Assembly (NCBI RefSeq): GCF_963921235.1
Contig: NC_086108.1
Coordinates: 55,120,001 to 55,184,000, forward strand
DNA length: 64,000 bases
Direction: 5' to 3'
Source of the DNA: Mobula hypostoma
Lineage: Eukaryota
Below, piece after piece: positions 48,411 to 62,667 of the stretch (positions are counted from its first letter, which is position 1; every line of letters starts with the position of its first letter). The position numbers and the translations under genes are program-made. A model generated the notes under the pieces. It had not been told where the DNA came from. It searched no databases and saw only the letters and a program-made list of their open reading frames with translations.

Positions 48411-50498
48411 TCCTTCTTTCCCAATCCAAGGGATTTGTTTTTAGCAGGTGAATATCCAGATCATTGCTGGAAACACTCAGCAGGTTAGAGAGGAAATCTA
48501 AAACTGTTGTTTTGATCACAGAAATTGGGAGAACCATTCCAGAAAAAAATGTCCAGATAATTACTGTTGGGTTAGTTTGAATTCATTCACCCAATGTATG
48601 TCACCTGATTCAATCTTCACTGCGCTCGGGATAGTTTTTCTGTTGTAGCAATTTACTGCTAATCATAAGGAATTGTTAAGAGCAAAGTCATTGATTATTC
48701 TGATTTTCTTTCTTATGATTATGCAATGCCCTCTGAATCTGAATAGATTTCTAACACCATATTTGTACTCAAGCATGAAGATTAGTCATATGGACAAGAT
48801 GCTAACAACTCCATGTTTCTCTAACTTTGACCATATCCCAGTCAGTATGAATATAACCAGTGTGTTGAAAATTGAAGGGAAGCAAATGATATAAAAAACA
48901 GACAACGCTGGAAATACTCAGTAGGTTAGACAGGATATTTAGAACTGTGTTGCTTTGGTCACAGAAATGGGCAGGACCATTCAAGAAAAAAATAATTAAT
49001 GGATCTCGTCTTAATTTGCAGTATATGATATGATACATTTTAATGTGGGGTATTTCACAATATTATTCAACCCTGTCCAGTCATTAATATACTGTAGGTA
49101 TATGAAATTAAGCCTTTGCCCTAATACTGATTCTTAGGGAATGCCACAATTCACCTTCCTCCATTCCAATATCCGTCTCTGTCACTGATCCAACTTTCTA
49201 TCCATTCTATCAGTGCCCCTTTCATGTCATGCAATATTATGTAACACATTACAAAACCTTTTGCTTTGTTCTTCAAGCATCCTGTGATTATCAATCCAAA
49301 AAAAATTGTTGCTGAATTTGTATCTTAGGAATTTTATTTTTTGTTAAATATGTTAAAGCTCAAAATAAACTCAAAATTAGTATATGTATCTATCAAGCAA
49401 ACACTATCCACTGCATTACTCTCATAATCACTATCTATCATCTCAGCAAGAAATCCCATTGTTGATTAAAGATGATCTTTATTAGATCTGTTCTCGTTTG
49501 CCCTAACTAACTTATTAACCTCCAGATGATTACCAATCTTGTCCTAAATCAATGTTTTAATTTATTTTTCGCACTAAAGTTAAACTGACTAGCTCATAGT
49601 TGCTGGGCTTGTGCAATGATGGAGTAATATTTGGTGTAGGAATTTCATTTCTTATTTTTCATTTTTCTTTTTATCATGTTTAATTACATTAAGAGTTTGG
49701 GAGGCTTGGTATACTTGTGTTATCTGTAGTTTATATTTGCATATGTTAATTATCAATAATGTATTCCCGATCTATTTGTACTAATATTGTTGTTATGTTT
49801 ATGAATTTGAAAATTAATAAACAGATTGAGAAAGAAAGAAAGGAATTTCCATGGACCACTGGAAGATAACGATCATTTCAGTAGCAATTTCCTCCCATAT
49901 TTCAATCGTAAGGCTGGAATAACTTCCACCCACTCTTTGTGACTTATCTTCTTTAAGTTCAGCTTGCTTTTCTAATGCTTCCATGATATCAATTTTTAAG
50001 ATACCTGAAGTCTCAAATATATATTTCTTCACTGTCACTTTGGAAGTTCCTTCTTTCCTTGTTTTAATTGTCTGCCCCATTCCCACTCTGGTTTATCTTC
50101 TCTAAAGAAAGAATCCTACACTGTTCCTTGAGGAACAACATTTCTTCTTCCATTTGGACCTCATACTTGATTTCAATAATTTCAATATTTCAGGTAATCA
50201 GCACTTTTCTCCTCCATTCACAGATATTTACCGGATATTTCAATTTCAATTTGCTCTGCTGTCTCTAACTGCTGGAATTTCAAATAATAGTTACCTTGGC
50301 AACTTCACTCTGAACTCTGTCAGAAATATTCCTTTCATTATTTGCACCCTCTCTCGCTCGGAAATTTAAAACAGATTTTATTTTTTATTTTTCTAGCTTT
50401 GCTGAAAGGTCATTAACCTGAAATGCTGACTAATTTTTTCCTCAATGGATGTTGTCATTTTGTTTTACTTGTATTTTCTGTTTTTGTTTCTACGAAAC

Positions 50499-51316
50499 TG
50501 TGGTATAAAGGGAGGACGGGAGGATGAATACAGGGCCCTGGTGGAGGACTTGGACAAATGGTGCAAGCTGAATCATCTGCAGTTCAACATCAGTAAGGCA
50601 AAAGAGATGGTGGTGGACTTTAGGAAGACTAAGCCTGCATTGCTCCATTACTATCGATGGCGAGGACGTGGATGTGCTGAGGACCTACAAGTATCTGGGG
50701 CTGCACCTGGATGACAGACTTGAGTGGAGCACCAACACAGAGGCTGTGTACAAGAAGGGCCAGAGTCACCTTTAATTCCTGAGGAGACTGAAGTCCTTTG
50801 GAGTATGCAGACCTCTCCTTCACGTGTTCTACCAGTCTGTTGTAGCCAATACAATCTTCCAGGCAGTGGTGTGCTGGGCAATGGCAGCCATATGGGTGAT
50901 GCCAAGAGGCTCAATAAACTGATTAGAAAGGCAGGCTCTGTTATAGGAATCAAACTGGACACTCTAGAGGCTGTGGTAGAAGAAAGGACCCTACAGAAAA
51001 TCCTGGCAATTCTGGGCAATGTTTCTCACCCTCTGCATGCCATCTTGGCTGAACAGAGGAGCACTTTTAGTAATAGATTAACATTACTGTGCTGCTCTAA
51101 AGAGCGCTACATGAGGTAATTCTAACCCTCAGCCATGAGGCTCTACGAGTCAACCTATAGCTGGGGAAGTGATGATCTGTTCCTGTTGGACCGTTTGAGA
51201 TAACTTATTTTTTTATTCTTTCTTACTTCTCTTCTAATATTTGTATATCTGTGCACTTGTAATGCTACTGTGACACTGTAATTTCCTTTGGATCAATAAC
51301 GTATCTATCTATCTAT
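50499..51316 (+). mobile_element. Rex1/Babar 3' fragment with a (TATC)n tail
   Basis: EYRALVEDL, NISKAKEMVVDFRK and HPLHAIL motifs. CAATAA followed by TATCTATCTATCTAT. Confidence 0.88.
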
Positions 51317-52467
51317 GTGAAATAGTGTCTTAAAAATTAATTTTGTTATTAAATATCAAATGTTGCTAATTATGTTGAAGTTCAAATTGAATTCAATATT
51401 AGTATATATGCATATATTCAGCAACAAAAGTTACCCTAAATATTTAAATATATTTGTACATTCTGATAGTTTTTAAAGAACCACAGTGGCATTTAAAAAT
51501 TAGAGCAAGAGTAGATCTTTGGAGCCTAGTCCACCACACAATAAATCATAGCTCAAAAATACATCTTCATTCCCTGTCTCTCAAAGACTTTTGTATTTAG
51601 AAATTTATCTTTCCCCTGCTTAAACATATTCAGTGACTTGATCTCCACAGCCACTTTTGGTAGAGAATTCCAAAGATTTACTACCTCCTAATAGAAGAAA
51701 TTTCTCCTCATCTCAAACCTCAATGTCTTTCCCTGTATCCTCAGACTGTGATCCTTACTTATAGACCCTCAAGCAGGGAAAACATCATCCTTGCGCTCAG
51801 CTCTTCCAGTATATCTGAAGTTGATCTAATCTCTCCTCATAGGGCAATCTAATACAAAAGAGTTTTTAATTTATTGATTTCCTTATGATCTGATATCATA
51901 ACAAAAGGTATCTCTGGAAGTATTGCTTTATCATTTCAGATGACAGAAGAGGTTCTCATGACAATGGAGGATTAGGGAGACCTGAGAAAACAATTTGAAA
52001 GGCTACATGGTGACCCTTGTGACATAATCACCTTGCATTGCACTGATAATTGCTGCCACAAGGGAGAGCTATTGTTAGTATTTGTTGGTAAATTTTCCAC
52101 TGTGCTATCCTTGCACAAAGAATAAAGGAGAGGATAACCTCTAAAATCATTTAACTCTCATGGCTTATGTGACTGTATCTAAAGAGAAAGAAGATGGGGT
52201 ATATGAAAATATGAAGTCAAGAGGTGATGTGTGAAATGAGGGTTTTGTTTTGGATTGTGAAATCATCCTTGCAACTCTATGTATGACAGTTTTTGTGCTG
52301 TACAATCCTTAAGGACCTTTAAGTTTCATTGATTCTTTTTTTCTCTTCCTCTAGCGATTTAATATTCAGGGATTTCATTTTTCCCTAATTGCCTTTCTCA
52401 TAAGGAAGCTTGTAATTTGCAAAGAGGAAGTCCACAAAGAATTTACTTCACTTTGGACTGCCTACCC

Positions 52468-52657
52468 CAGTGGTCCCCAACCGAGAAAATGCCTCTGATC
52501 TGGGCCGACATTTATGTGCCGGGTGGCACCTAATTAATTAGCTTGTTTATTTCGGCTTTTTTCTTAAAGATGTGCTGGGTGCGTCCCAGCTACCGCTGCA
52601 CTACTGCATGCTTCACGGCTGGGTATCGGTCTGTGGTCCGGAGGTTGGGGACCACTG
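52468..52657. mobile_element. hAT MITE
   Basis: Perfect 15-bp TIR CAGTGGTCCCCAACC / GGTTGGGGACCACTG. Perfect 8-bp TSD GCCTACCC at 52460-52467 and 52658-52665. Confidence 0.95.
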
Positions 52658-52739
52658 GCCTACCCCATGTGGCCAATCTTAAGTGATACAAACTGAGTCA
52701 CTGGCGATTGGTTAGTGATGCTAAAGGGCTTTAGGCTAT

Positions 52740-54000
52740 AGAGATATAGAATAACTCAGCACAGATTTAGGCCTTTTACCCCAACCATTCCACTCTGTTA
52801 TGGAGCCTACCCACTTGTCCCAATTCATGCATTTGTCCTATATCCATCTAATCCTGCTGTTCCATTTACCTATCCAAGTCCTTCTTAAATGATGCTATTG
52901 TACCTGCCTCAACCACTTCCTCTGGCAGCTTATTCTCATACTTACCACCCTCTGTCAGACGAAGTTGCCCCTCAAGTTTCTCTTAAATCTCGCCCGTCTG
53001 ATCATAAACCTGTGTCCCATGGTTTTAGCAACACACACAAAATCCTGAAGGAACTCAGCAGGCCAGGCAGTATCTATGGAAAAGAGTACAGTCAATGTTC
53101 CAGGCCAAGACCCTTCAGCAGGACTGGAGAAAAAAGCTCCGGTTTTAGATTCCCTTGCCACTCAACCTTATCTATGCCTTTGCAATTATAAAAGTTGCCC
53201 CTCATTCTCCTACATTCCAAAGAATGTAGTCTGGCAACCTCCCCCTATAACTCAGGCCTCCTAATCCTGGCAACATCCTCCTAAACCTTTTCTATACACT
53301 TTCCTGTTTAACCCCATCTTTCAAAACTGTTCACAATATTCCAAGTGTGGTTTCACCAATGACTTACGCAGCTGCAACCTAACGTCCCAGCTTCAAAACT
53401 CAGTGTCCTGACTGATTAAGGCCAGTATGCTAAACATCTGTTTTGTCATCCTGTCTATCTGCGATGCCGCTTTCAATGAAATATTCCCTTGTACTGCTAG
53501 GTTCCTCTGTTCCATTACACCTGCTTGAGCCCAACCATTCATGGTACAAGACCTACTCTGGTTTGACATTCCAAAGGTGAATCACCTCACACTTACCTGT
53601 ATTTAAATCCAACTGCCACTCCTCAGCCCCGTCCCCTAACGGATCATGATCCCCCCACACCATAATCTATGATACCTTTCTTCACTATCAACAACACCTC
53701 TTAATTTTATGTCATCAGCAAACTTACTGATCAAGTCTAGTGCGTTCACATCCATATCATTTACACAAATAATGAATAAAAAGGATCTCAACACTGACCC
53801 CCTGCGGTGCACCACTAGTCATTGGTCTCCATTATGAGAACCAACCTTCAACCTCCATCCTTTGCTTCCTACCTGTGAACCAGTTTTGAATCCCTGGATT
53901 CCATGAGACCTAACTATCCAGACCAGTTTACCATGCAGGACCTTGTCAAAGGCCTTGCTGAAATCCGAACAGGCAACATTCATCGTCTTACTCTCATCTG
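52740..54000 (-). mobile_element. Decayed CR1 containing a Penelope-like terminal insert at about 53028-53135
   Basis: DFSKAFDKVLHGKL and RFKRNLRGNF motifs. The insert reads ACACACAAAATCCTGAAGGAACTCAGCAGGCCAGGCAG...CCCTTCAGCAGGACTGG. Confidence 0.8.
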
Positions 54001-54025
54001 AGTCAAAACCATAACTCAATGTCCT

Positions 54026-54247
54026 CAATGCCTCAGTGGCGTTTGTCTAGTGATCTGAAGGTCGCCAGTTCGAGCCTTAGCTGAGGCAGCGTGTTGTGTC
54101 CTTGAGCAAGGCACTTAACCACACATTGCTCTATGTCTGTGTGAGGAGTGGCGCCCCACACAGTCTTTTGATCAGCGCCTTGTAAGGCATGAAAATGCCC
54201 AACGCTGGCCTCTTAGGCCTGAGTCGATGACTTCCCCCCCCCACCCC
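54026..54247 (+). mobile_element. tRNA-derived SINE (B-box, CORE/AFC-like body) with a C-rich tail
   Basis: B-box-like AGTTCGAGCC and body motif GTGTCCTTGAGCAAGGCACTTAACC. TSD CTCAATGTCCT at 54015-54025 and 54248-54258. Confidence 0.85.
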
Positions 54248-56270
54248 CTCAATGTCCTACATAAAAAACCTTTAAAATAGATATAAAAGATCAGGAATAT
54301 AACTGCACACATACAAAATACAGGACACAGCATTAATTTTCAGTTCCAAATATTCCACTTTGCCTGGATATTTTTGCTTTATCATGCCCAGTAATGTCAC
54401 AATAGTTTAGTTCTTGTATTTCTGGCCATATACTTCTTGCCAGGAGTTATAGTCTAGAATGACAATCAAAATGTTTTAAATGCATTTTCCGTATTTTTGT
54501 CTTATGCTATAAATAACTGTTTTAACCTGGTTATAGGTGTTAGCCTGTTTTAACCATAGTCTGGAATAGTTTGTGACAAGATACTCTTGGTTCCTTTCAT
54601 TTTGCAAGGCTAAAAATTGACTTGTTGATGGAGAGACTGGCTTGAACAAGGAGTGGAAAGTAGACATTGCACTAATACCTTCCATCATTGATCTTGGGAC
54701 AAATGCCAATAGCCTGCATTGTCCTTGATAAAGGGACACCAGCTTTGTAATAAGCTCCTTAAATTACAAATGATCAATATCAATGAAGCCTTTAAAATCA
54801 CCAGGGTTTTATAAGTGTGAAGTCTTCAGACTCTAATAGCAAATAATTTTGGATTAGGATTGTGTCTTGAGGGTGCAATGCAGTGTTGTAAAAACCCATA
54901 TCTTTAAGTTGATTACAGAATTAGTAATTCATGAACATTTCTGAAAATCTGTGATTATATTTATGGGTCATATTTGGGATTTACCTTTAGACATCTGATG
55001 GTGATACTGAACAGGAATTAACAGCATTTAATTTATTTCTGCTGGCCAGCTGGAGGATTTCTGAATGGAGCCCCTTAACCAAGCAAGTGTCTGCCGTCTC
55101 AGTAGAAAAATATGTGTCCCAGGAGGTAGGTGGAAGTGAGAAATGAGAGAAGATAATATACAATAGACTAAGATTTTAAGATGGAGAGCAAGACAAAGTG
55201 ACCCATTGAATTAATCCCTTGTGCAGCAAATGCACATTCCACATATCACAGACTCCACTCACTCAGTGTTCAAGAGAACCTACAATTGGCCTCTGCTACC
55301 TTGCACTTTGAAGAGAAAGACATGATATGTATCTTTTGGTTATCTAAATAATTTCATAACCCAGACCCTAACCTTTGTCGTCTTTGCCTTGCATAAGTAA
55401 TATCTCTTATACCCAGCTGCTCCTGCAGTATAGTAATCATTATTTTTCAATAGGATATTTCACTATTTTCATTCAGACCTGTAAATATAATCCCTCTTGC
55501 TGTCACTGTCAAAACCATAAAAAGCCATCAGAATGCTTTGGAACGTGACCTCAAGATCCTCCACCTGAAGCCATGTCATTGTGTGTTGGTGGCCTTGAGG
55601 TTGATTGGTAAGATACGGCTATTAAGATAAGTGCTGCTCTGGGAAAGGGTTGAGGTGAGAAAATATGGCCAGTGATTCAGACCAGCTAGTCTGAGCCATT
55701 ATAAGCAATAACAGCTTGGAAACTTCCCCTTTGGCCTCCAGTGTGAACACCGATTTTGAATGTGTGGAGAGTAACTAATAGTTGTTCCTATTGTCCACTT
55801 GTTCCTCTGTCTTTTCCATATTTATACATCTGAAGATACTTCTCAGTGTATTTATTATTGAACAACTCTTTACCTAGAAAATAGATTTTATCTTTTTTGG
55901 TACATTAAACCAGATTTCTGTCTTGGTATTATTTTTCCTTACTTCAAAGACATGTAATCACACTTTCTGAAGGAGGGACTTCAGGAAATTAGAGCTAGGT
56001 GCCACAATCAAGTGAAACAACAACTAAATATTGCCTGTTCTCGAAGAGCTTTCACTGCTGTGTAGGATTTTAAAGCTGCTGAGATAAGGTTAATTAAAAG
56101 CAATTCCTTCAATGGGATTATGTTATCATACAGTGAGAACAACTGATTATTGTGAGCAGAATGAACACTCTTCAGCTGAGAGTGGCTTCTCATTTCAGAA
56201 TCAGAACCAGGTTTAATATCACGGGCATAGGTCATGAAATTAGTTAACGTTGCGGCAGCAGTACAATACA

Positions 56271-56720
56271 ATTCATCTCCTAAGTTACAGAGAAAGGTTG
56301 AACAAGTTGGATCTTTATTCTTTGCAGCGTAGAAGGTTGAGGGGGGACTTGATAGAGGTGTTTAAAATTATGAGGGGGATAGATAGAATTGACGTGGATA
56401 GGCTTTTTCCACTGAAAGTGGGGGAGATTCAAACAAGAGGACATGAGTTGAGAGTTAAAGGGCAAAAGTTTAGGGGTAACATGAGGGGGAACTTCTTTAC
56501 TCAGAGAGTGGTAGCTGTGTGGAACGAGCTTCCAGCAGAAGTGGTTGAGGCAGGTTCGATGTCGTCATTTAAAGTTAAATTGGATAGCTATATGGACAGG
56601 AAAGGAATGGAGGGTTATGGGCTGAGGGCAGGTCGGTGGGACTAGGTGAGAGTAAGAGTTCGGCACAGACTAGAAGGGCCGAGATGGCCTGTTTCTGTGC
56701 TGTAGTTGTTATATATGGTT
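56271..56720 (+). mobile_element. CR1 3' fragment inserted in a Rex1 3' UTR
   Basis: ORF 56250-56645 (LSYRERL, RRRLRGDLIEVFKI, FFTQRVVAVWNELP). Confidence 0.9.
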
Positions 56721-56765
56721 AATACATGATAGATATAGAAAATACTGAATTACAGTAAGTATATA

Positions 56766-58198
56766 CTGTGCCTATAAAAATATTCCCCTCTTGGAAATTT
56801 CATGTTTTATTATCCTACAACATTGAATCACAGAGGATTTAGTTTGGCTTTTATGACACTGATCAACAGAAAAGACCCTTTTGTGTCAAAGTGAAAGCAA
56901 ATCTCTACAAATTGGTCTAAATTTATTATAATTATTAAACACAAAATAATTGATTGCATAATTACTCACCCCCTTCAAGTCAGTATTTAGTATACTCATC
57001 TTTGGCAGCAATTACAGCCTTGAGTCTGTGTGGATAGGTCTCTATCAGCTTTGAACATCTGGACACTGCAATTTTTCCCCATGCTTCTTTACAAAACGGC
57101 TCAAGCTCTGTCAGATTGTATGGAGATTATGAGTGAACAGCCTTTTTCAAGCCCAGCCACAAATTCTCAATTAGATTGAGGTCTGGACTGACCTGGCCAC
57201 ATCAGGACATTAACTTCTGTTGTTTTTAAGCCATTCCTGTGTAGCTGTGGCTTTATGCTTGGGGTTATTGTCTTGCTGGAAAGCAAATCTTCTCCCAAGT
57301 TACAGTCCTTTTGCAGACTGCATCAGGCTTTCCTCCAGGATTTCCCTGTATCTTGCTGCATTCATTTAGATTATGAAGACACGTAGATCTCTTTTATTGT
57401 CATTTAGTAATACATGCATTAAGAAATGATACATTATTTCCTCCGGTGTGATATCAAAACACAGGACAGACCAAGACTAAAAAAACTGACAAAACCACGT
57501 AATTATAACATACAGTTACAACAGTGCAACAATACCATAACTTGATGAAGTCCATGAGCACAGTAAAAGTTCAAAGTCTCTCAAATGTCCCACATCTCAC
57601 GCAGACAGAGAGAAGGAAGAAAAACTCTCCCTGTCATACCCGACCACGGTCCGACTCTGAGTCATCCGAAAACTTTGAGCTCTGATCAGCTCTCTGACAC
57701 CGAGTACTGAGTGCCATTTCTGTCCGAATGATTTGACCTCCTTCTTGGTCGCCAAAAGCAGGCAGGGCCGGGGATTTTGAGGACCCTCTGAAAGATTCCC
57801 GACCACACAGTAACGACAGCAGCGAACGGGCGTTTCAGAAATTTCTCCAGATGTTCCTCTGTGCTTTCACGTCCATTCTCCATCAAATCAGAATTGTCCA
57901 CGGCCCCTATTTAACAGATACAATATCATTTTTCACCGGAGGGCTGCGCACACGTAGGCGCGCCACCATCTTCTCCTCCCGCTTTTATCCTCTACCTTCA
58001 CAAGCCTTCCAGGGCCTGCATCCCCATGGCATGATGCTGCCTCCGACGTGCTTCACGGTAGGGATAGTATGTTTCTGATGATGTGCGGTGTATGGCTTAT
58101 GCCAAATGTAGCATTTAGTCCGATGGCCAAAAAAGCTCAATTTTGGTTTCATCGCACCATAGAACCAAATCATCCAGCTGACTTTAGAGTCTTCCATA
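56766..58198 (-). mobile_element. Tc1-like DNA transposon, one end plus the transposase C-terminal half
   Basis: Terminus TA|CTGTGCCTATAAAAATATTCCCCTCTTGG. Minus strand HTIPTVKHVGGSIMPWGC, with FQQDNNPKH and SQSPDLNLIENLW remnants. Confidence 0.85.
57366..57980 (-). mobile_element. Non-autonomous retroposon (family A, copy 2) nested in Tc1
   Basis: TTAGATTATGAAGACAC...ATTGTCATTTAG...CACAGGACAGACCAAGACT and TTTCAGAAATTTCTCCAGATGTTCCTC...CCATCTTCTC match 27214-27900. Confidence 0.8.
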
Positions 58199-59339
58199 TG
58201 GAAGGCAAGGGCAGGATTGAGTGGTGGATCAATTGGGAGCTTCTGATGACGCCATTCCTCAAGTTTACTGTAACCTGACTGCTCTGAAGACAAATCAGTT
58301 ACGGAATTGAGTCCTGGGGAAGTATCAGCTGCTCAGCGACATGACCCGGGCAACAGTACCATTTGGTCAGCGGTTGAAAAGGGAGACATAGCCCAGGTGG
58401 AGAAGATGAAACATGCTGCGGTGCCTCCATTACTGAGAGAATGGCCCAGAATGGAGTTGAGGAACTGGATCCTACACGGGTCACCTGACCTCCAGACCGA
58501 CCTTGATGTTCCCTGCTGGTTCTGCCTGAGAAGTATCGGAGGACTGCGTTGAAATCACTTCATGATGATTCTGGACATTTGGGGGTTGAAAAGACCTATG
58601 GATTGCTCAAAGATAGGTTTTACTGGCCCCGAATGAAGCCGGAGGTCAAAGGATACTGCAAGTCGTGCATTCGATGCATATGGAGGAAGATGCTGCCTAC
58701 ACGGGCAGCTCCTTTGTCCCACTTGCAGAGTGTGAGGCCTCTTGACCTGGTGTGTATGGATTTCCTGCCAACAGAGCCAGATGCCAGCAACATGGCGAAT
58801 GTCTTAGTCATCACGGATCACTACACCAGATATGCGCAAGCTTTCCCTACCGAGGATCAGAGGGCATCCACAGTGGCCAAAGTGTTATGGGAGAAGTATT
58901 TAATTTATTATGGCCTCCCCAGGTGTATACATAGTGATCAGGGATGGGAATTTGAGAGTAGGCTCATCCATGAATTACAGAGCATGCTCGGAGTCGAGAA
59001 GTCAAAGACAACTACTTATCACCCTCAGGGTGATCCCCAGCCCGAGAGGTTTAATTGGACCTTGCTAGACGTGCTTGGAACCTTGGAGGTCAGCAAGAAG
59101 AGCGGGTGGAGTCAACATATTGGACATCTGGTCCACTGTTCCAACTGTACCCGAAGTGAAGCTACCAGATACTCGCCATATTATCTGATGTTTGGGTGCG
59201 AGGCGAGGTTACCCATTGACCTTTGTTTTGGGACAGACTAGGACGACCTACTACTGAAGACTTATCTGAAGTATGTGTCTGATATGAGAAGGGAGCTGAA
59301 AATGGCTTATGAACTAGCTGAGGTCGCGGCTGCCAAGCA

Positions 59340-60356
59340 AGACCACGGTATGTGTGCTTGCAACACTGTGTGTCCGACAGAGTGATCAGCAGCACTGGGG
59401 CTCCACAGGGGACTGTCTTGTCTCCCTTTCTCTTCACCATTTACACCTCGGACTTCAACTACTGCACAGAGTCTTGTCATCTTCAGAAGTTTTCTGATGA
59501 CTCTGCCATTGTTGGATGCATCAGCAAGGGAGATGAGGCTGAGTACAGGGCTACGGTAGGAAACTTTGTCACATGGTGTAAGCAGAATTATCTGCAGCTT
59601 AATGTGAAAAAGACTAAGGAGCTGGTGGTAGACATGAGGAGAGCTAAGGTACCGGTGACCCCTGTTTCCATCCAGGGGGTCAGTGTGGACATGGTGGAGG
59701 ATTACAAATACCTGGGGATACGAATTGACAATAAACTGGACTGGTCAAAGAACACTGAGGCTGCCTACAAGAAGGGTCAGAGCCGTCTCTATTTTCTGAC
59801 GAGACTGAGGTCCTTTAACATCTGCCGGACGATGCTGAGGGTGTTCTACGAGTCTGTGGTGACCAGTGCGATCATGTTTGCTGTTGTGTGCTGGGGCAGC
59901 AGGCTGAGGGTAGCAGACACCAACAGAATCGACAAACTCATTCGTAAGGCCAGTAATGTTGTGGGGATGGAACTGGACTCTCTGACGGTGGTGTCTGAAA
60001 AGAGGATGCTGTCCAAGTTGCATGCCATCTTGGACAATGTCTCCCATCCACTACATAATGTACTGAGTGGGCACAGGAGTACATTCAGCCAGAGACTCAT
60101 TCCACCGAGATGCAGCACAGAGCGTCATAGGAAGTCATTCCTGCCTGTGGCCATCAAACTTTACAACTCCTTCCTTGGAGGGTCAGACACCCTGAGCCAA
60201 TAGGCTGGTCCTGGACTTATTCCTGGCATAATTTACATATTACTATTTAACTATTTATGGTTTTATTACTATTTAATTATTTATGGTGCAACTGTAAAGA
60301 AAACCAATTTCCCCCGGGATCAATAAAGTATGACTATGACTATGACTATGATTATG
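59340..60356 (+). mobile_element. Young 5'-truncated Rex1/Babar LINE
   Basis: Open 283-aa ORF 59352-60203 (GAPQGTVLSPFLF, KFSDD, YKYLG, SFLPVAIKLYN). AATAAA followed by a (TATGAC)n tail. It splits the Gypsy reading AAKQ|NQGNKRRYD. Confidence 0.92.
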
Positions 60357-61087
60357 AATCAAGGAAATAAGAGGAGGTATGATCAAAAGTTTAGGTTCTC
60401 CCAACTCATGCTGGGAAATTGAGTCCTCATAAGGAATTTGAAGCTACCTGGGAAGCATAGCTGCTGGGCGGCTACACCCTATGTAGTGGAGAGTCAGACG
60501 CCAAACCAGAGGATGGGAATGGGTCTGTCAGGATTCTCCATCGGAATCACCTTCAGCCTCTGGGACAAGAGGTGCGGGTTGACCTGGTGCCTACACCTAG
60601 TAAGAGGACTCTGTGGTGTCGCAGGTCGACTAAAGGACCAACAGCGGGAGAGATTAGACCGGCCCCTGCCCCTGAGTGGGATACTGATTCAGAGGATGAG
60701 GAAATTAGGGTGTGGTATATGCTGCCTTTTGCTACCTCCCCACTGATTGAAGAAGAGACTCCCAACCTTCTCCTGTTGAGTCAGGTGAAATCGGGGGGGC
60801 GCGGGGGGGGGGTGCTATCTGTGGGCAGCCAGGAGTTCAGCGGGACCCTGCAAGGGATGAAGTGGGGCTCGGCCAAGGGACGGAGGGGTCCGAGTTGAAG
60901 CGGGGTACGAGTGATAGGCCTCGCCAGGTAGACTAGAAGTATCCCCGATAGTGTCGGAGCATGAAGAGTTGATGAGGGGATATGGAGTTCTCAAAGAATC
61001 AGGAGACCAGAGGCTGGCCTTTGTACCACTGAGGGAACAGAGTGTGGCCCCTACCACTTTGGGGAGCTATGTCACTGCCTTTCACAC

Positions 61088-62270
61088 ATAGAAAAAATAG
61101 GTGCAGGAGTAGGCCATTCGGCCCTTCGAGCCTGCACCGCCATTCAATATGATCATGGCTGATCATCCAACTCAGAACGCTGTACCAGCCTTCCCTCCAT
61201 ACTCCCGATCCCTTTAGCCACAAGAGCCATATCTAACTCCCTCTTAAATATAGCCAATGAACTGGCCTCAACTGTTTCCTGTGGCAGAGAATTCCACAGA
61301 TTCACCACTCTCTGTGTGAAGAAGTTTTTCCTAATCTCAGTCCTAAAAGGCTTCCCCTTTATCCTCAAAATGTGACCCCTCGTTCTGGACTTCCCCAACA
61401 TTGGGAACAATCTTCCTGCATCTAGCCTGTCCAATCCCTTTAGGATTTTATACGTTTCAATAAGATCCCCCCTCAATCTTCTAAATTCCAGACAGTATAA
61501 CCCTAGTCGATCCGGTCTTCCATCATATGAAAGTCCTGCCATCCCAGGAATCAATCTGGTGAACCTCCTATGTACTCCCTCTATGGCAAGAATGTATTTC
61601 CTCAGATTAGGGGACTAAAACTGCACACAATACTCCAGGTGTGGTCTCACCAAGGCCTTGTACAACTGCAGTAGTACCTCCCTGCGCCTGTACTCGAATC
61701 CTCTTGCTATGAATGCCAGCATACCATTCGCCTGCTGTACCTGCATGCCCACTTTCAACGACTGGTGTACAATGACACTTAGGTCTCGTTGCACCTCCCC
61801 TTTTCCTAATCGGCCACCATTCAGATAATAATCTGTTTTCCTGTTTTTGCCACCAAAGTGGATAACCTCACATTTATCCACATGAAATTGCATCTACCAT
61901 GAATTTGCCCACTCACCTAACCTATCCAAGTCACCCTGCATCCTCTTAGCATCCTCCTCACAGCTAACATTGCCGCCCAGCTTCGTGTCATCTGCAAACT
62001 TGGAGATGCTGCATTTAATTCCCTCATCTAAGTCATTAATATATATTGTAAACAACTAGGGTCCCAGCACTGAGCCTTGCGGTACCCCACTAGTCACTGC
62101 CTGCCATTCTGAAAAGGTCCCATTTATTCCCACTCTTTGCTTCCTGTCTGCCAACCAATTCTCTATCCACATCAATACCTTACCCCCAATACCGTGTGCT
62201 TTAAGTTTGCACACTAATCTCCTGTGTGGGACCTTGTCAAAAGCCTTTTGAAAATCCAAATATACCACAC
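61088..62270 (-). mobile_element. 5'-truncated CR1 nested in the Gypsy
   Basis: YLDFQKAFDKVPH, GVPQGSVLGP, LVRPHLEYCVQF and FFTQRVVNLWNSLP. CACAC at both junctions. Confidence 0.92.
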
Positions 62271-62667
62271 CTGGGTTGGACTTGGTGTTTTGCAGGAAGG
62301 GTTGACAAATTATCTCAAAGTCATGAGGACATGACTAAATGTGGTGGGGGGAGAGTCTGACACCCTGGGAAAGGTTTCACTGCTAACGTAATGGTAAGCT
62401 TCCAATGTGCACATTAGACTGTTTCATTAAAATGGGCCCTTTTCTTTTTATTTTTTCTTTATTAGTCAAATTAAAAATTATAAAGCCAAATCATTTATTT
62501 GCATATGGTGTACTGTTTGTTATTTCGTGGTACTGATTTGTAACAGGGTAATAAATCATGCAGCATCAACACAAACAAGAGGTTTTGCATCTCAGATTTC
62601 ACACGTTTGACGGGGCCAGAGACCGTCTTCCCCAGACTAATGCCGCCGGTCGAACCTGAGGGTTACA

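Larger units (their letters stand above)
58199..62667 (+). mobile_element. Gypsy LTR retrotransposon 3' half (integrase, PPT, 3' LTR), interrupted twice
   Basis: ORF 58549-59241 is an integrase (HDDSGHLG, FYWPRM, CIRC, VCMDF, HSDQG, YHPQGD, SPYYLMFG). PPT GGTGGGGGGAGAG lies before the LTR at about 62356-62667, which ends GGTTACA. Confidence 0.88.

Noticed and set aside
51940..52087. Possible plus-strand exon (CATTTCAG...GTAAAT)
   Set aside because: Stops in the frames I read and no homology recognised. At best a non-coding exon, which cannot be supported here.
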